DNA from: an uncultured delta proteobacterium
GTDB taxonomy: Bacteria > Desulfobacterota > Syntrophobacteria > Syntrophobacterales > Syntrophobacteraceae
DNA length: 64,000 nucleotides
NCBI GenBank assembly: GCA_963808625.1
Contig: CAWEHK010000051.1
Coordinates: 64,001-128,000 of the forward strand
Direction: 5' to 3'
In this document: in pieces, positions 44,517-57,100 of the stretch
Layout: the number at the start of each line of letters is the position of its first letter
Numbering within the stretch: the first letter of the stretch is position 1
Position numbers and translations under genes: made by a program
Notes under the pieces: generated by a model
What the model saw: only the letters and a program-made list of their open reading frames with translations
Databases searched by the model: none
Told to the model about the DNA's origin: nothing

Positions 44517-44779
44517 AGTGCAGCTCAGCAAAATAAAGTGTCCATTATCCTGGATCGTCTATTCCGGCAATCTCCTAGCCGGAATCCACAAGAGCTTCCT
44601 GGATACCGGCTAAAAACATCCCGGTATGACGAAGGGAAATCCGGACACTCAATTCTGCGACGCAGTACTTAGAGCAGCTCAGCACCAATGAGTGCCCGAA
44701 TTCCAGTCGTCATGGCCACAAAAGCGGGCTTTCCCAGGCTCTCCTGCTAAATGGACGCTTTATTTTGCCGTCAAGTACT
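44517..44779. mobile_element. MITE-like non-autonomous element with terminal inverted repeats
   Basis: Left end AGTGCAGCTCAGCAAAATAAAGTGTCCATT matches the reverse complement of the right end (AGTACTTGACGGCAAAATAAAGCGTCCATT); internal REP-like hairpins; no transposase. Confidence 0.5.
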
Positions 44780-44898
44780 CAGACTAACAAGGCAAAGATC
44801 GTTAGAAGGTAAAATCCGAAATTCGAATAGCGAAATCCAAGCGGGGATGTTCAGCGATCGCTTGTGGGTCCCGACCGACGCAAAGGGTGAAGCCGCAC

Positions 44899-44938
44899 AA
44901 AAAAGGGGGGAGCCGGAATGGCTCCCCCCTCATTTTTT
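44899..44938. terminator. Bidirectional intrinsic terminator
   Basis: AAAAAA-GGGGGGAGCC-GGAAT-GGCTCCCCCC-TCATTTTTT between convergent genes. Confidence 0.8.
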
Positions 44939-44992
44939 GATCATGCTCCTCTCGGAAGGTTGCAGGCCCACCGAGAAAAATTCAGCGCAATC

Positions 44993-46096
44993 TTATCGTT
45001 TACCTCTTTCTTCATTCGGAAACCCGGTATCCCACTTGATGTATACGGGCCCTTTGACGTACTTGCCGGCAGTGCTCGCATGGGTGCCACCCTTATCCTG
45101 GTAAGTTATCCCATCAAGGGTGATCTTCGTATCGAGCAGGCCGAGCAACGGGCTTTCTTTACTGCCCGGGCAGTAGTTGTTGCTCGCCAGACCCTGCACC
45201 CGCATCCGCGCGGCACTGGTATGCAACCGGTTAATGTTGAAAGGTTTGATCTTGCCGGTGTCCTGAGGAATCCTGAAGGAATCCAGGGAAGCTTCGATGA
45301 AGCAGCTAAAGCACTGGTGGAGCCCGGTGAACTTGATTTCATTGTAGTTCCAGATGGTAAACGTCGCCTTGGTTTTCGTGGAACCAGCTCCATCCTGCTT
45401 CAGGTCCTGAATGCAGGGGATAAGGGTCAGATCACTCTGACTAGTGGCGCTCTCTGCCGGAAAGTCGATCACCAGGTAACTGGGGCAGGCGTCATAACCG
45501 ACCGCATCTTGATAGCCGCCATTCAGCAAGAGAGTTCCCCCCGTGCCGACCGGATTGCCGCGCGGCACATTGGCGGCGAAACGATACGCATTGTATTCCC
45601 AGGCGCTGCCGTTGGCAAAGTCAACGATAATGGCCTCACCCTTGAGAGAGTTCCAGGAAATCTGGTTCTGGGCCTCGGCATCGACCGCCCAGCACTTCAG
45701 GATCCCCTCATTACCCTGTTCAAAAGGCGCTATCGGTGGGCTTTTCGCGTAACTCACATCCCACAGGTGCTCTCCCGTACTAGCTTTGAAAACGGCTGGC
45801 TGGCCGCTCGTCAGCCTAAACTGGAAGTCGGTGTTGACGCAGCCATTTCTTGTAGTACCGGTCACAGGATCCGGATTCAGGTCCTTGTATTCCCAGTAGC
45901 ATTTTACATTTACGGCCGAACTATACGAATTGTAGATGGCAATGTAAGTGTCCTGGGTACCCGTCGTGATGATTTTGGGCCAGATCAGCAAGCTTCCCTG
46001 TTTGGTGGTATCCGTAACCGTCTGGGCAAGGCACCATGAACTCAATACCGCAATCGAAAAAGCCATGACCAAAGTCACGAGCGTGCACTTTTTCAT
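44993..46096 (-). CDS. Secreted Cys-rich hypothetical protein, paralog A
   Basis: Signal peptide; DTTKQGSLLIWPKI, VKCYW, LKCWAV, YDACP and DLTLIPCIQDL motifs shared with three other genes in the locus. Confidence 0.85.
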   Translation of the reverse strand: MKKCTLVTLVMAFSIAVLSSWCLAQTVTDTTKQGSLLIWPKIITTGTQDTYIAIYNSYSSAVNVKCYWEYKDLNPDPVTGTTRNGCVNTDFQFRLTSGQPAVFKASTGEHLWDVSYAKSPPIAPFEQGNEGILKCWAVDAEAQNQISWNSLKGEAIIVDFANGSAWEYNAYRFAANVPRGNPVGTGGTLLLNGGYQDAVGYDACPSYLVIDFPAESATSQSDLTLIPCIQDLKQDGAGSTKTKATFTIWNYNEIKFTGLHQCFSCFIEASLDSFRIPQDTGKIKPFNINRLHTSAARMRVQGLASNNYCPGSKESPLLGLLDTKITLDGITYQDKGGTHASTAGKYVKGPVYIKWDTGFPNEERGKR

Positions 46097-46168
46097 ACTC
46101 TTACCTCCTTATCATGTTGTCGCAATGCCAAATGGTAGCGATCACTTCGGCATCAATAGACACCTCGC

Positions 46169-47309
46169 CTAATTCACAGATACCGTAATGGCGGGGACAC
46201 CCTTACAAGCGTTTCCGTTTGTCGTCCACTCACCAATGCCAGTCGGGGTTACCGCTGTTATCGGTCCCAAGAAGCCGTTGAATCTCTTAACGATAACCCC
46301 AACCGCAGGATATGCGATGTAACCTGCCGGCAGGAGGCATTCCGTGCCGCCTGCGTAGGGACAGGTCGATGGCACAAACGGCGTTGCCGTAAACGCCCCG
46401 GCAGAGGTGGATTGGACACTCTTAAAGTAGGGAGCGGCGGCAAGGGAATCTGCGAAGAAGCAGCTCAGACAAAGAGCGCTGCTGCCGCGGCCAACATCTT
46501 GCTCGTTTTCATTTCGACTTGGGGCATCGAACTTGAGAACGGTCGGACCGCCATCCTGCGTGAAGTCCTGTTTGGTGGGAGCGATCGCCACATAATTGTC
46601 CACACTGCCGGTATAGGTCTGGTCTGTAGGGTTCGGCGTCTGCCTGAGATAATCAAAGATGAGAGCGGCCGGGGCTGAATCATAGTTGCCGGCATCGCCG
46701 CTCAACTGGAGCACTCCCGGGGTCGTCCCAACCTGGGTGAGCGCGGGTGCGTTAGCCGCAAAACGCCACGCACTGTAGGTAGCAACGCCGACTCCAAAGG
46801 GTGGCAGGGGCGTTCCTGGCGGTGCGACATAATATTGCCATTGCCGCAACAGGGTCGCCTCACCGGTAAGCTGGTTATATGACATTCTGGGTAGTTGCAC
46901 CACTGTCTTCCTGACTGGTTACCCAACACTTGGCTTCGGCCACATTGCCGAAGTCTATTCCGGAATCCAGAACATTGTCGCCATCCAGATCTGTCCCGTC
47001 ACTGGCCTTGAAGGTTATCGGCTGGTTGGGAGTGAGGATAAAACATTGCTCAACCCGGTCGCATGCATCTTTGAGCACAAAAACACAGCATACATTAACC
47101 GAATAATAATTGTCATTGCCGATGGTGATCAGGGTTTCCCACGATTCCGTCCCAAAGTTAGGGTAAACTGTAGTATCGGTCCTGATCAAGGGAAATATCA
47201 GCAGGCTACCCTTCTTTGACGTATTCGCGACGGTTCCCGCAAGGCAAGGTCCACCGACTGTCACAAGCAGAAAAGCTATGAGCAAACTCACGAGCATGTA
47301 TTTCTTCAT
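46169..47309 (-). CDS. Secreted Cys-rich hypothetical protein, paralog B (divergent); frameshift near 46900
   Basis: Signal peptide; NTSKKGSLLIFPLI, LTPNQP.FKASDG, AKCWV, YSAWRFAAN, KQDF, NENE. Confidence 0.8.
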
Positions 47310-48261
47310 ACTCCTTCCTCCTTTGAACTTGTTCAGTGATAATTGCATCAGAGGTTAACCCCTCTATGAAAAGGTTTCCACATCAGAAAACTTATGCCGC
47401 GAACAACCACCCCCCTTCCGATCTGTCAATTCAACGCCATCCTTGCTGAATTCCCAGGAGCACCCCTCTGAATCCGCCCCATCCTCCCCTGGCCTGGCAA
47501 TGAACCCAACCTGTGCTCAGCTCCAGAAACCACAACAAAGCAACAACTAATGTCCTCGGCATCCCGACAAAAACCCAAAGCCCCCTCTCGGCCTGTCCGG
47601 AGCAGATCCCCGCACAGGACACAAGATTGGCTCGGGATACCGATAGAACTACGACTAACGATTGTCCGTACTTGCCTGAGCTACTTCACTAATTGCGCCA
47701 TCTTTCACAGAAGCTCCCCGTATGTCAAGCAAAATCTGCATGCGACCTTACAGGACCGGGTTGCAGGTTGAACATCGCTCCCCTGACAGCAGCCATGGAA
47801 CGCACCGATAACGGTATGCAAAGGAGAGCGCAACCACGGGGACGGCACCAAACGTTATTCCGACCTGGCGGCCATGACTTCACTCGACCCCATGATCAAC
47901 GCTGAAAAAGGCGATATTTTTATCCTGTGCTGTGACCCTTGAGCCTACAGCATTGTATATAAAGCCAACCCGCTCCCACGTCGCCCACACGCGATGCGGA
48001 GCCCCACAGTCGGTTACAAACTCCGCTGGCGGCGCGATTTGATGGGGGTCATACCACTTCTGACCCGCTGGGAGATTATCATTTAGGGGCTTGCTACAAT
48101 TCTTTGTAAAGTTTCCTTTTATCATGATCAATTGTATAGTACCATTCTCCAGTACGATTAAAGTGCTCAACGGTGATAGCAATCCATCTTCCGATTCGTC
48201 TCCAGCGCGATGTGGATTGCTTTATGAGGCAGGTTGGACAAGAGACAGGGGGAACACCGCA

Positions 48262-51200
48262 ATGCGTTGGAATTTCAGTCGTCTGTTTCTGCTTTTCTCT
48301 TTCGTCACCATGTTCGGATTGGTCGGGCGAGCCCATGCTGTTATCGGTCTCGTGGATACTCCGGGCTATGCGCGTTGGGTCATGGTTTCGGGACCCTACG
48401 CCTATGTGGCGGATGACTACAGCGGTCTGCAGGTCATTGATGTCAGCAATCCGAAGAAACCAACGATCACCGGTTCGGTGGACACCCCGGGCAATGCGAA
48501 AAAGGTTTTTGTTGCCGGCTCTTCCGCTTACGTGGCCGATTACTGGGACGGCTTCCACATCGTGGACATCAGCAACCCTGCATCCCCTGCCCTGGTCGCT
48601 TCTCTCTCCTTGCCGGACGCCGCCGAAGGGGTCTTTGTGTCCGGTTCCTATGCTTACGTCGCCGATGGCACCTACGGCCTCAAGGTTATTGACGTCAGCA
48701 ACTCCCAGCGCCCCCACTGTCGTCGGTAGCGCGAACACTTCCGGCTATGCTCTGGATGTCAAGGTGTCGGGGTCCTATGCCTATGTGGCAGACGGACCCG
48801 GCGGTCTTCAGGTTATCGATATTTCGAAACGCGCTCAGCCCAAGATTGTGGGTGCCGCAGCCACGCCCGGCGATGCTAAGGGAGTAAGCGTAGCCTGGCC
48901 TTACGCCTATATCGCCGACGATGCTCAAGGCATTCAGGTCATCGATATTACGGAAGCCAGCAACCCAAAGATTGTCGGCTCCCTCCTCACCTCAGGCACG
49001 TGTCAGGCGGTATTTCTGGTCTATCCCCTGCTCTTTGTGGCCGCCGATGTGGATGGGCTGAGGGTGGTTGACGTCAGCAATCCAAAAGCCCCGGTCCTGC
49101 TGGGCACGGAATTTACCTCGGGTTACGCCTTAGGCGTTTATGTTACCGAGAGCTTGGCCTACATGGCAGACTACGACATTGGTCTCGAACTTATCGACGT
49201 CAGGAAATACTTTAGCCACATTGTCGCCACCGTCGATACCCCGGGCAATGCTTTGGATGTGAAAGTATCCGGTTCGTACGCTTATGTGGCCGATGACGCC
49301 GGAGGTCTCCAGGTGATCGATGTGGGAAAGCCTGCCGCTCCGACCATTGTTGGCTCCCTCGCGACAACGGGAAATGCGCAGGGAATCCATGTGTCCGGGT
49401 CTTATGCCTATGTCGCTGAGGACCTTGCCGGTCTTCAGGTGATCAACATCGATACCCCCCAAAGCCCGTTCGCCGTGGGTTCGATCACGCTACCCGGACA
49501 GGCCAGGGGGGTCTTCGTCTCGGGCTCCTGCGCCTATGTCGCGGCAGGGTCGGACGGTGGCCTCCAGGTGATCGACGTCGGAGATCCTGAAAATCCCGTT
49601 GTGATCGGGGCCGTCGCCACGCCCGGTTCCGCGGAAAGCGTTCGTGTGGTCGGTTCTCAGGCGTTTGTAGCCGATGGCTCGGCCGGTGGTCTGCAGGTAA
49701 TTGACGTGAATAACCCGCAAAGCCCAACCATCATCGGTTCTCTGAGCACCTGGGGCACTTGTTATGAGCTTGATGTGTCCGGCACTCTGGCTTATGTGGC
49801 TGACGGGCTTAACGGCCTGACCGTTGTCGATCTCGGGGACCTCAACAACCCGATCCCGATCGGCGGCTATGAGACCGACAGCAGCGCCAGTGGAATCCGT
49901 GTCGCGGGCCTCTATGCTTTCCTGGCCACCACCACGGACGGTCTGAGCATTTTCGACATCAGCGAGCCCGCTGAACCTTTCCCAATCGTTACTGTCAACA
50001 CTCCCGGTACGGCCTACAAGGTGGAGCTGTCCGGATCGTACGGCTTCATTGCGGATGGTGTTAAAGGCCTCCAGGTCATCGCGCTGTCGAATTTTCCGTG
50101 TGACCAGCAGCCCCCTGAAATTCCATCGAGCATTTCCTATCCTGCCAGCGATGGCGACGGGATCTTCACAGTAAGCTGGCCGTCCGCACTCCGGGCCGAA
50201 ACCTATAACGTCCAGCGCGCCAATAATTCTCTTTTTACAGGCGCCATCTCCGTCTACGACGGACCCGCCACTCTTTTTCAGCAATCCAACCTATTTACCG
50301 GGACCTTTTACTATCGCGTGAGAGCCCTGAATGATTGCGGCGCGAGCGGCTGGAAAACCGGCGGCGCTATCAGCGTCACGTCCTTTCCACCCAGACCGAA
50401 CAGTATCAGCTACGCAGCCAGCAGTTGCGGAGGGAGTCTGGCGATCACCTGGACATCCTCGGTTGGGGCAACCGCCTATTTAGTGCAGCGGGCCTCCAAC
50501 ATATCGTTTACCGACGCCATCGATCGCTATGCCGGTCCCAGCACCTCCTTCACCGATTCGTCCCTGACTTACGGCACCTACTATTATCGCGTCAGGGCAA
50601 GCAATGGCTACGGCACAAGTCCCTGGAAAACAGGAGGCGCCACGACGGTGCCGCCTCCCCCCGCCGTTCCGGCGAGCATCACCTACCCCGCCAAGACCTG
50701 TAGCGGTAACCTCACGGTAACGTGGGCACTTGCGAGCGGGGCAACCGGTTACACCCTCCAGCGCGCAACCAAGGTCGACTTCAGCGATGCGACCCAAGTC
50801 TACCTCGGAGCGTCCAACTCTTACACGGAGCCCGGTCTTTCTCCCGGCACTTACTATTACCGGGTACAGGCCAACAATAGTTGCGGCAGCAGTACCTGGA
50901 AGAGCGGCTCGGCCAGCGTGGTCCCTCCCGCTCCCCCGGCCCCGGCCAGCATCTCCTACCCGGCATCAAGCTGCGGCGGCAACTTTACGGTCAGTTGGGC
51001 AGCGGTCACCGATGCGGTCTCCTATACCCTGCAGCGCGATACTTCCGCTGCGTTCACAAGCCCCGTTGAGAATACGACGAGCTCACTTTCCTACAGCCAG
51101 GGGGCACTTTCCGCAGGGAGTTATTTTTTCCGGGTGCGTGCGAATACCGCCTGCGGCAGCGGAGCATGGCAAACCGGCCCTGCTAGTGCGGTCCTGGCGG

Positions 51201-54200
51201 CACCCCCGGCCCCGGATGGCATCACCTATCCCGGCAGCAGCTGCAACGGAAACTTTACCGTAACCTGGCCGGGTGTGGCCGAAGCAACTGCTTACGTGCT
51301 GCAGCGGGCAACCAATGCCTCCTTTACCGACGCCGCCCAGATTTACAGCGGCGCCGCGACGTCTTACTCCCAGGGCGCCCTCGATCCGGGCGTCTATTAT
51401 TATCGGGTTCAAGGAAGCAACACCTGCGGCTCCGGCACTTGGAAGGCCGGCGCCGCGGTTACCGTGACCACCACTCCCCCGACTCCGGGAACCCTCACCT
51501 ACCCCGCCAAGACCTGTAGCGGCAACCTCACGGTAGCGTGGACTCTTGCGAGCGGGGCAACCGGTTACACCCTCCAGCGTGCAACCACTGATGCCTTCAG
51601 CGATGCGACCCAAGTTTATCTCGGAGCGTCCAACTCTTACACCGAGCCCAGTCTTGCTCCCGGCACCTACTATTACCGGGTGCAGGCAAACAACGGCTGC
51701 GGCAGCAGTGCCTGGAAAAACGGCGTGGCCACCGTGGTCACTCCTGCCCCCCCGGCCCCGGGCAGCATCTCCTACCCGGCATCAAGCTGCGGCGGCAACT
51801 TTACGGTGAGTTGGGCGGCGGTCACCGATGCGGTCTCCTATACCTTGCAGCGCGATACTTCCGCTGCGTTCTCGAGCCCGGTCGAGAATACGACGACCTC
51901 AACTTCCTTCAACCAGGGGGCTCTTTCTGCGGGTAGTTATTTTTTCCGGGTACGAGCGAATACCGTCTGCGGCAGCGGAGCATGGCAAACCGGCCCTGCC
52001 GTTGCGGTCCTTGCGGCACCTCCTGCCCCGGCCGGCATCACTTATCCCGGCAGCAGCTGCGACGGAAACTTTACCGTAACCTGGCAGTCTGTGGCCGAAG
52101 CAACTTCTTACGTGCTGCAAAGGGCAACCAATGCCGACGTTTACCGACGCCGCCCGGTCTATACCGGCACCGCGACGTCCTACTTATCAGGCCGCCCTCG
52201 ATCCGGCCGTCTATTATTACCGGGTTCGAGGAAGCAACACCTGTGGCACCGGCAGCTGGAAGGCTGGCGCCGCGGTTACCGTGACCACCAACCCTCCGAC
52301 TCCGGGAAGCTCCCACCTACCCTTCGGACAACTGTGGCGGAAGTTACACGGTTAGCTGGTCCTCGGCTTCCGGGGCAACCGGCTACACCCTGCAGCGGGC
52401 AAAGAATGCCTCGTTCACCGATCCCATTACCGTTTATAGTGGTTCCAATCTCTCTTATACGGAATCGAGTGTTGCCACAGGAATTTACTATTACCGGCTT
52501 CAGGCCAGTAATCCGTGCGGCAGCAGCGCTTGGAAAAGCGGCCCGGCCATCACGGTAGTAGCTGCTACTCCCCCGCAGCCCGCCGGCATCGACTATCCGG
52601 CAAGCAATTGTGGTGGGACCTTTACCGTCAGTTGGCCGGCCGCAAGCGGCGCCACCAGTTACAACCTCCAACGGGCCACCAACGCTTCCTTCACTTCTCC
52701 CATTTCGGTATATACCGGCGCGACAAATTCCTTCAATCAGACCGGCCTGGCCAGCGGCACCTATTACTATCGCGTCCAGGCCTCCAATAGTTGCGGCGCC
52801 GGTGACTGGCAAACAGGCTCCGCCATCATCGTTTCCGGTGCGCCTTCCGCTCCGGCCATACCTCTCCTATCCGGTGAGCGTTTGCGGGAGTAGCCTTAGC
52901 GTCAGTTGGGCGGCAGTTGCCGGCGCTTCAAGCTATACCCTGCAGCGGGACACCGACGCCCTCTTCACTCACCCGACTCTGGTTTATGAAGGCTCCTTGA
53001 CTTCCACCACCGACACCCCGGGTGCCGGCACCTTCTATTACCGGGTGAGAGCAAACGGCGCCTGCGGCGCGAGCAATTGGACGGTCGGCGTCGGCACCGC
53101 CGTGACGCCGGTGGTGGGAACCCCGGAGACAATCAGTTATCCTTCCACCAGTTGTACCGGGAATTTCACCGTGAGCTGGTCCGCCGTGAACGGCACCGCC
53201 TATTACGCACTCGAAAGGTCTGCCAACGCATCGTTTTCACCTTCCACACAGCTCGCGACGGGACCCCAAACCTCTTACAATCAGGCAGGCCTAGCCGCCG
53301 GGACCTATTACTATCGGGTGCGGGCTTACAATTGTGGCGCCGGTGGATGGAAGGCAGGTGGCCCCATTACCGTGGGGGCATCCCAGCCTCCTGCCGCTCC
53401 CACCACGATATCCTACCCGGCAAGCAGCGCTACGGGGAGTTTTACCGTGACTTGGTCGGCCGTCAGTGAGGCTGCCGGTTACACGCTCGAGCGGGACACC
53501 AGTGATTTGTTTCCCAAGCCGGTTCAGGTTTATAGCGGAACGGCAACGTTTCCTATGACCAGCCTAAGTTGGCGGCCGGGGAAGTACTACTACCGCGTGC
53601 GGGCCAATAGCGACTGCGGCAGCAGTGATTGGCTCTCCGGCAAAAAGGTGGTGGTCGCCAGCAACCAGCCTCCGGACCTGTCCGGTCCGCCCATCGGGAC
53701 CGCGACGGGAAAAACGGGTATTTCCTATAAATTCACCGGACAGGCAACCGATCCCGAAGGCAATCGCGATCAGATACCGCTTTGATTGGGGAGATGGCAG
53801 CCGTGACCTCCTGGTCGTCATTCGGCTTTCCGCGGTTACAAGTGGCACAAATGGCTTGTACCGGGTGCTTATTGTGTCAAAGTCCAGGCCAAGGACGGCA
53901 ACGGGGCGCTCAGCGATTGGTCTGACTGCGCCACGCTCAAGGTGACGAGCCGCCCGCCCGCTGCAGCCTGCTCCTCCGACCGGTCCGACCACCGGGGTCA
54001 AGAATACCTCCTACACCTTTACCGGTACCAGGCAGACGCGGACCCCGACGGCGACCCGGTCCAGTACCGCTTCTCATGGGGCGACGGGACAACCAACTCA
54101 TCCTGGTCCTCGTCGCCGTCTCGGGCCCACAAGTGGGCCAAGGCGAACTCCTACTGCGTGAAAGTACAGGCACGGGATGATAAGGGCGTGACCTCCAAGT

Positions 54201-54235
54201 GGTCCGCGTGCGCAAACATTGAGATTGGTAATTGA
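48262..54235 (+). CDS. Giant secreted surface protein (~2000 aa): 14 LVIVD repeats, 13 FnIII-like repeats, 2 PKD-like domains; several frameshifts
   Basis: Signal peptide at 48262; repeats of V.VSG.YAYVAD...GLQVID; ~91-aa repeats I.YP...C.G.F.V.W...Y.LQR...GTYYYRV.A.N.CG.S.W; C-terminal DP.G..YRF.WGDG domains. Confidence 0.88.
50679..52308 (+). repeat. Internal ~816-bp tandem duplication (3 FnIII modules x2)
   Basis: ACCTACCCCGCCAAGACCTGTAGCGG at 50681 and 51497, with high DNA similarity continuing along the unit. Confidence 0.85.
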
Positions 54236-54280
54236 CGACGCCCTTGCGGCAAAAACTGTGAGGGCCCTCTGATTTTTTTC

Positions 54281-54309
54281 TTGACAATTGCTTTCGTCTG
54301 CCCTAGTTA
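54281..54309 (+). promoter_or_regulatory. Putative sigma70 promoter for paralog C operon
   Basis: TTGACA-17 nt-TAGTTA. Confidence 0.4.
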
Positions 54310-54672
54310 GTTAACAAACGCCGGTGGGGAATTGCATCGTGTCCTCGTTAATGAAATTAGAGCAAGTTGAGTGGGGTCAAGACTTATACGAAGCTTGTGC
54401 CGGGTTTTTTCCGAGTATACATTAGTGGATCTTTTTGGCTAACAATCTAAATATAAGGGGATATTTCGTAGCGCAGCAACAGGCAGTAACCACGGTTAAG
54501 GTCCAGCAGGCATATTGCTTTTTTTAATTGATGATTGAGATTAGGTAGAGAGGAGGTGAGATCCACTGCGCCCTGAGCAGGTGGAGTTTTGGTTTGACTG
54601 ACAGGTGCTTGAAGACAGCCATTGTTGTTGTGGTAAGTTATCTTGGAATTTTTAGGCAGGAGGAAAGAGAGA

Positions 54673-55825
54673 ATGTTTAAAAAAGCAGTGTTTTTCTCAT
54701 TGGCAGTTGTGTGGTTGCTTGTGGGGGTCACCACCATGGCCTCTGCTGCACAGAACGTTGGGAACACTTCTCAGAAAGGCAGTGTTCTGATTTTCCCGAA
54801 GATTGACGTTACGCCGGGGAGGGACACGATCATTCAGCATCAGCAATGATTACCCCCGTGGTGTCATGATCAAATGCTACTGGGTGAACTATGACCAGGA
54901 AATTCAGGATTTCATGTTCCTCGTTACGATCACTCAGCCGGTGTGGTTCCGGGCGTCCGACGGATTGGGCACGGGCAGCTACAACAACGACCCGACCACT
55001 CAGCCCGTCACCGTTCCGCCCTTTTTCCCTGAGAGCGTTGGCGAATTGAAGTGCTGGGCGGTCAATTTCGAAGGGACCCAGCAAATTAGCTGGAATCATC
55101 TGTCAGGCAACGCCATGGTTCTCGATTACATCAATCAAACAGCGTATGAATACAATTCGGTTAATTTCACGGCTCGCGGAGTTGCCCTGGCCGGCACGGT
55201 TCGTCCCGCAGGCACGATCAATCTGAGCGGCGCGGCCAACCAGTACGATGCGTGCCCGCAGTATCTGGTGTTCAATTTCTTCACTTATGATCCAACGGTG
55301 GGCAGCACCAGGGTCGTGGACATCGACGGTCAAGGCGCTGCGGTGAGGTTTAACAAGACCGACCTTACGCTGGTTCCCTGCAAGCAGGACCTGCGCCAGG
55401 ATCGCGTTCCCACTTGCACGAAGGCCAAGTTTGACATCTGGAACGAAAATGAAACCAAGTACACCGGCGCCTACCAGTGCCTGAAGTGCTGGTTTGAAGG
55501 CTACCTGAACGACATCGGCACGGCCTTGGGGCATCCCGGCGGGTTTGGTGGTGAAAAGTTCACCTATCCGGGTCTGCACACCACCATGGGACGCGCGCGG
55601 GTGACCGGCGTTGCCAGTACGGTGTGTAACGGTAAGTACCCGTGTTCCACCCAGGTCAATTCGCCATTGCTTGGCATTACCTCGACCCAGGTTGAATTCC
55701 TCACTCCGGGCCAAAAGATGGAGCTGATTGCGGCCGAAGCTGTTGGCGCGGGGACGTACACGGCTGACCCCGTCAGTATCCAGTGGGATATTCAGCGGGA
55801 GCCGGAAGAGGTTTCCGGAAGGTAG
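54673..55825 (+). CDS. Secreted Cys-rich hypothetical protein, paralog C; frameshift near 54835
   Basis: Signal peptide; NTSQKGSVLIFPKI, IKCYWVN, QPVWFRASDG, GELKCWAV, YDACPQYL, DLTLVPCKQDLRQD. Confidence 0.85.
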
Positions 55826-55862
55826 AATTCGTTCTTCTTGAGCTCTAATCAATGGTAATGCT

Positions 55863-55899
55863 AGGGGGGCAAGGAGGTGTCCTTGCTCCCCTTTCTCTT
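55863..55899 (+). terminator. Hairpin/terminator after paralog C
   Basis: AGGGGGGCAAGGA...TCCTTGCTCCCCT followed by TTCTCTT. Confidence 0.6.
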
Positions 55900-56228
55900 G
55901 TGGCGACTCTGCCGAGTCCGGAAGAGTGAGACAGCAAGCGGGAAAAGACGAAAGTGTTTCAACCAAACTCTACTCCTGCGCGTGTTGCTTCGTGTCCTTG
56001 ATTACGGCACCAGCCCCTGACCGTTATGCAGGCAGTCGCTGTGCAGTACACAAACGAATTCTTCCATACGAGGTTTTGCTTTATGTTGAGGAAGATTTTT
56101 TCACTGGTTAGCAGCAACCAGCCCGATCAGCAAATCGCTTACCGATCACCGGCCCGGCGGAAGAATCCGGCGCCTGTTCGTGCCCCCGCAGAGGGCCTCG
56201 ACTGCAACTGCATGGTGCCTCGCTGACG

Positions 56229-56986
56229 ATGCTCCTCATTTTGGGCCTGTTCCTTCCTGCATGCTTGCAGGCAGCCCAGGACGAAGTGAAAGTCTTGCGT
56301 GAGCGCGCAACCACCCTCTGGGAAGCCCGCGTGAAGGGTGACTGGGCGACGATTTTTGACTATCTTATCCGCCGAGGAAAAGAAAGGGAGGGACGAAGGA
56401 ACAGTATGTCCAATTCACCAAGGAAAAGGGGCCGTTCCGTTACCTTTCATACAAGCTTGGGGACGTTGATGTCGATGGTGATGTTGGTTGGGTAAAGACA
56501 ACCTATGATATGGAACCGATGCAGTTTCCGGGGCTGCCCCCGCATCATATGGACACGGTACAGTTGTGGGAAAAACGTGACGGCAACTGGTACCCGATTC
56601 CGAAGGACCGACAAGAAGATGTGCCGCGTCTTCCGCCTCGCCTGCGACCGCTCAAGGAAGAGAACGCCGTGATGGCACGCGCGAACGAGTTCTGGCAGGC
56701 CCGTGAGAAAGGCGACTATGGGACGGTCTATCAGTTCTGCGCTCCCGCCTTCCGCGAGAAGGTTGCAAAGGAAGAGTTTCTGAGCAAGAAGGCCCTTAAT
56801 ATTTACGTTGGCCACCAAATCCTCTTTGCAGAGGTGGCGGGCGACCGTGCCAAGGTCAAGGCAACCATTGCATACCGACCGAATGATCCGAGTTTGACCA
56901 AGATCGATCCCGCCGAGGAAACCGTTATGCAGGAATGGATCAAGGTGAAGGACCAGTGGTACCTCGACGTTAAGGAACCGGGGTAA
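56229..56986 (+). CDS. Exported hypothetical protein with two tandem NTF2-like repeats; frameshifts near 56370-56400
   Basis: Two repeats: RA..(L/F)W.AR.KGD(W/Y).T.(F/Y) ... W.K....WY. Confidence 0.7.
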
Positions 56987-57100
56987 TCACAAACGGAGGC
57001 AGCTACATGTCCGGAACCGGCGATGCGTGCAATTTACCTTGAATGGCATGACGTCAGTCTCGGGTTCAAGATTCACTAATTTTCGCAGCGGAGAGATCGC

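Noticed and set aside
44860..44900. c-di-GMP-I riboswitch suggested by GACGCAAAG
   Set aside because: The upstream GGCAAA/GNRA stem is missing, and the site lies between convergent gene ends.
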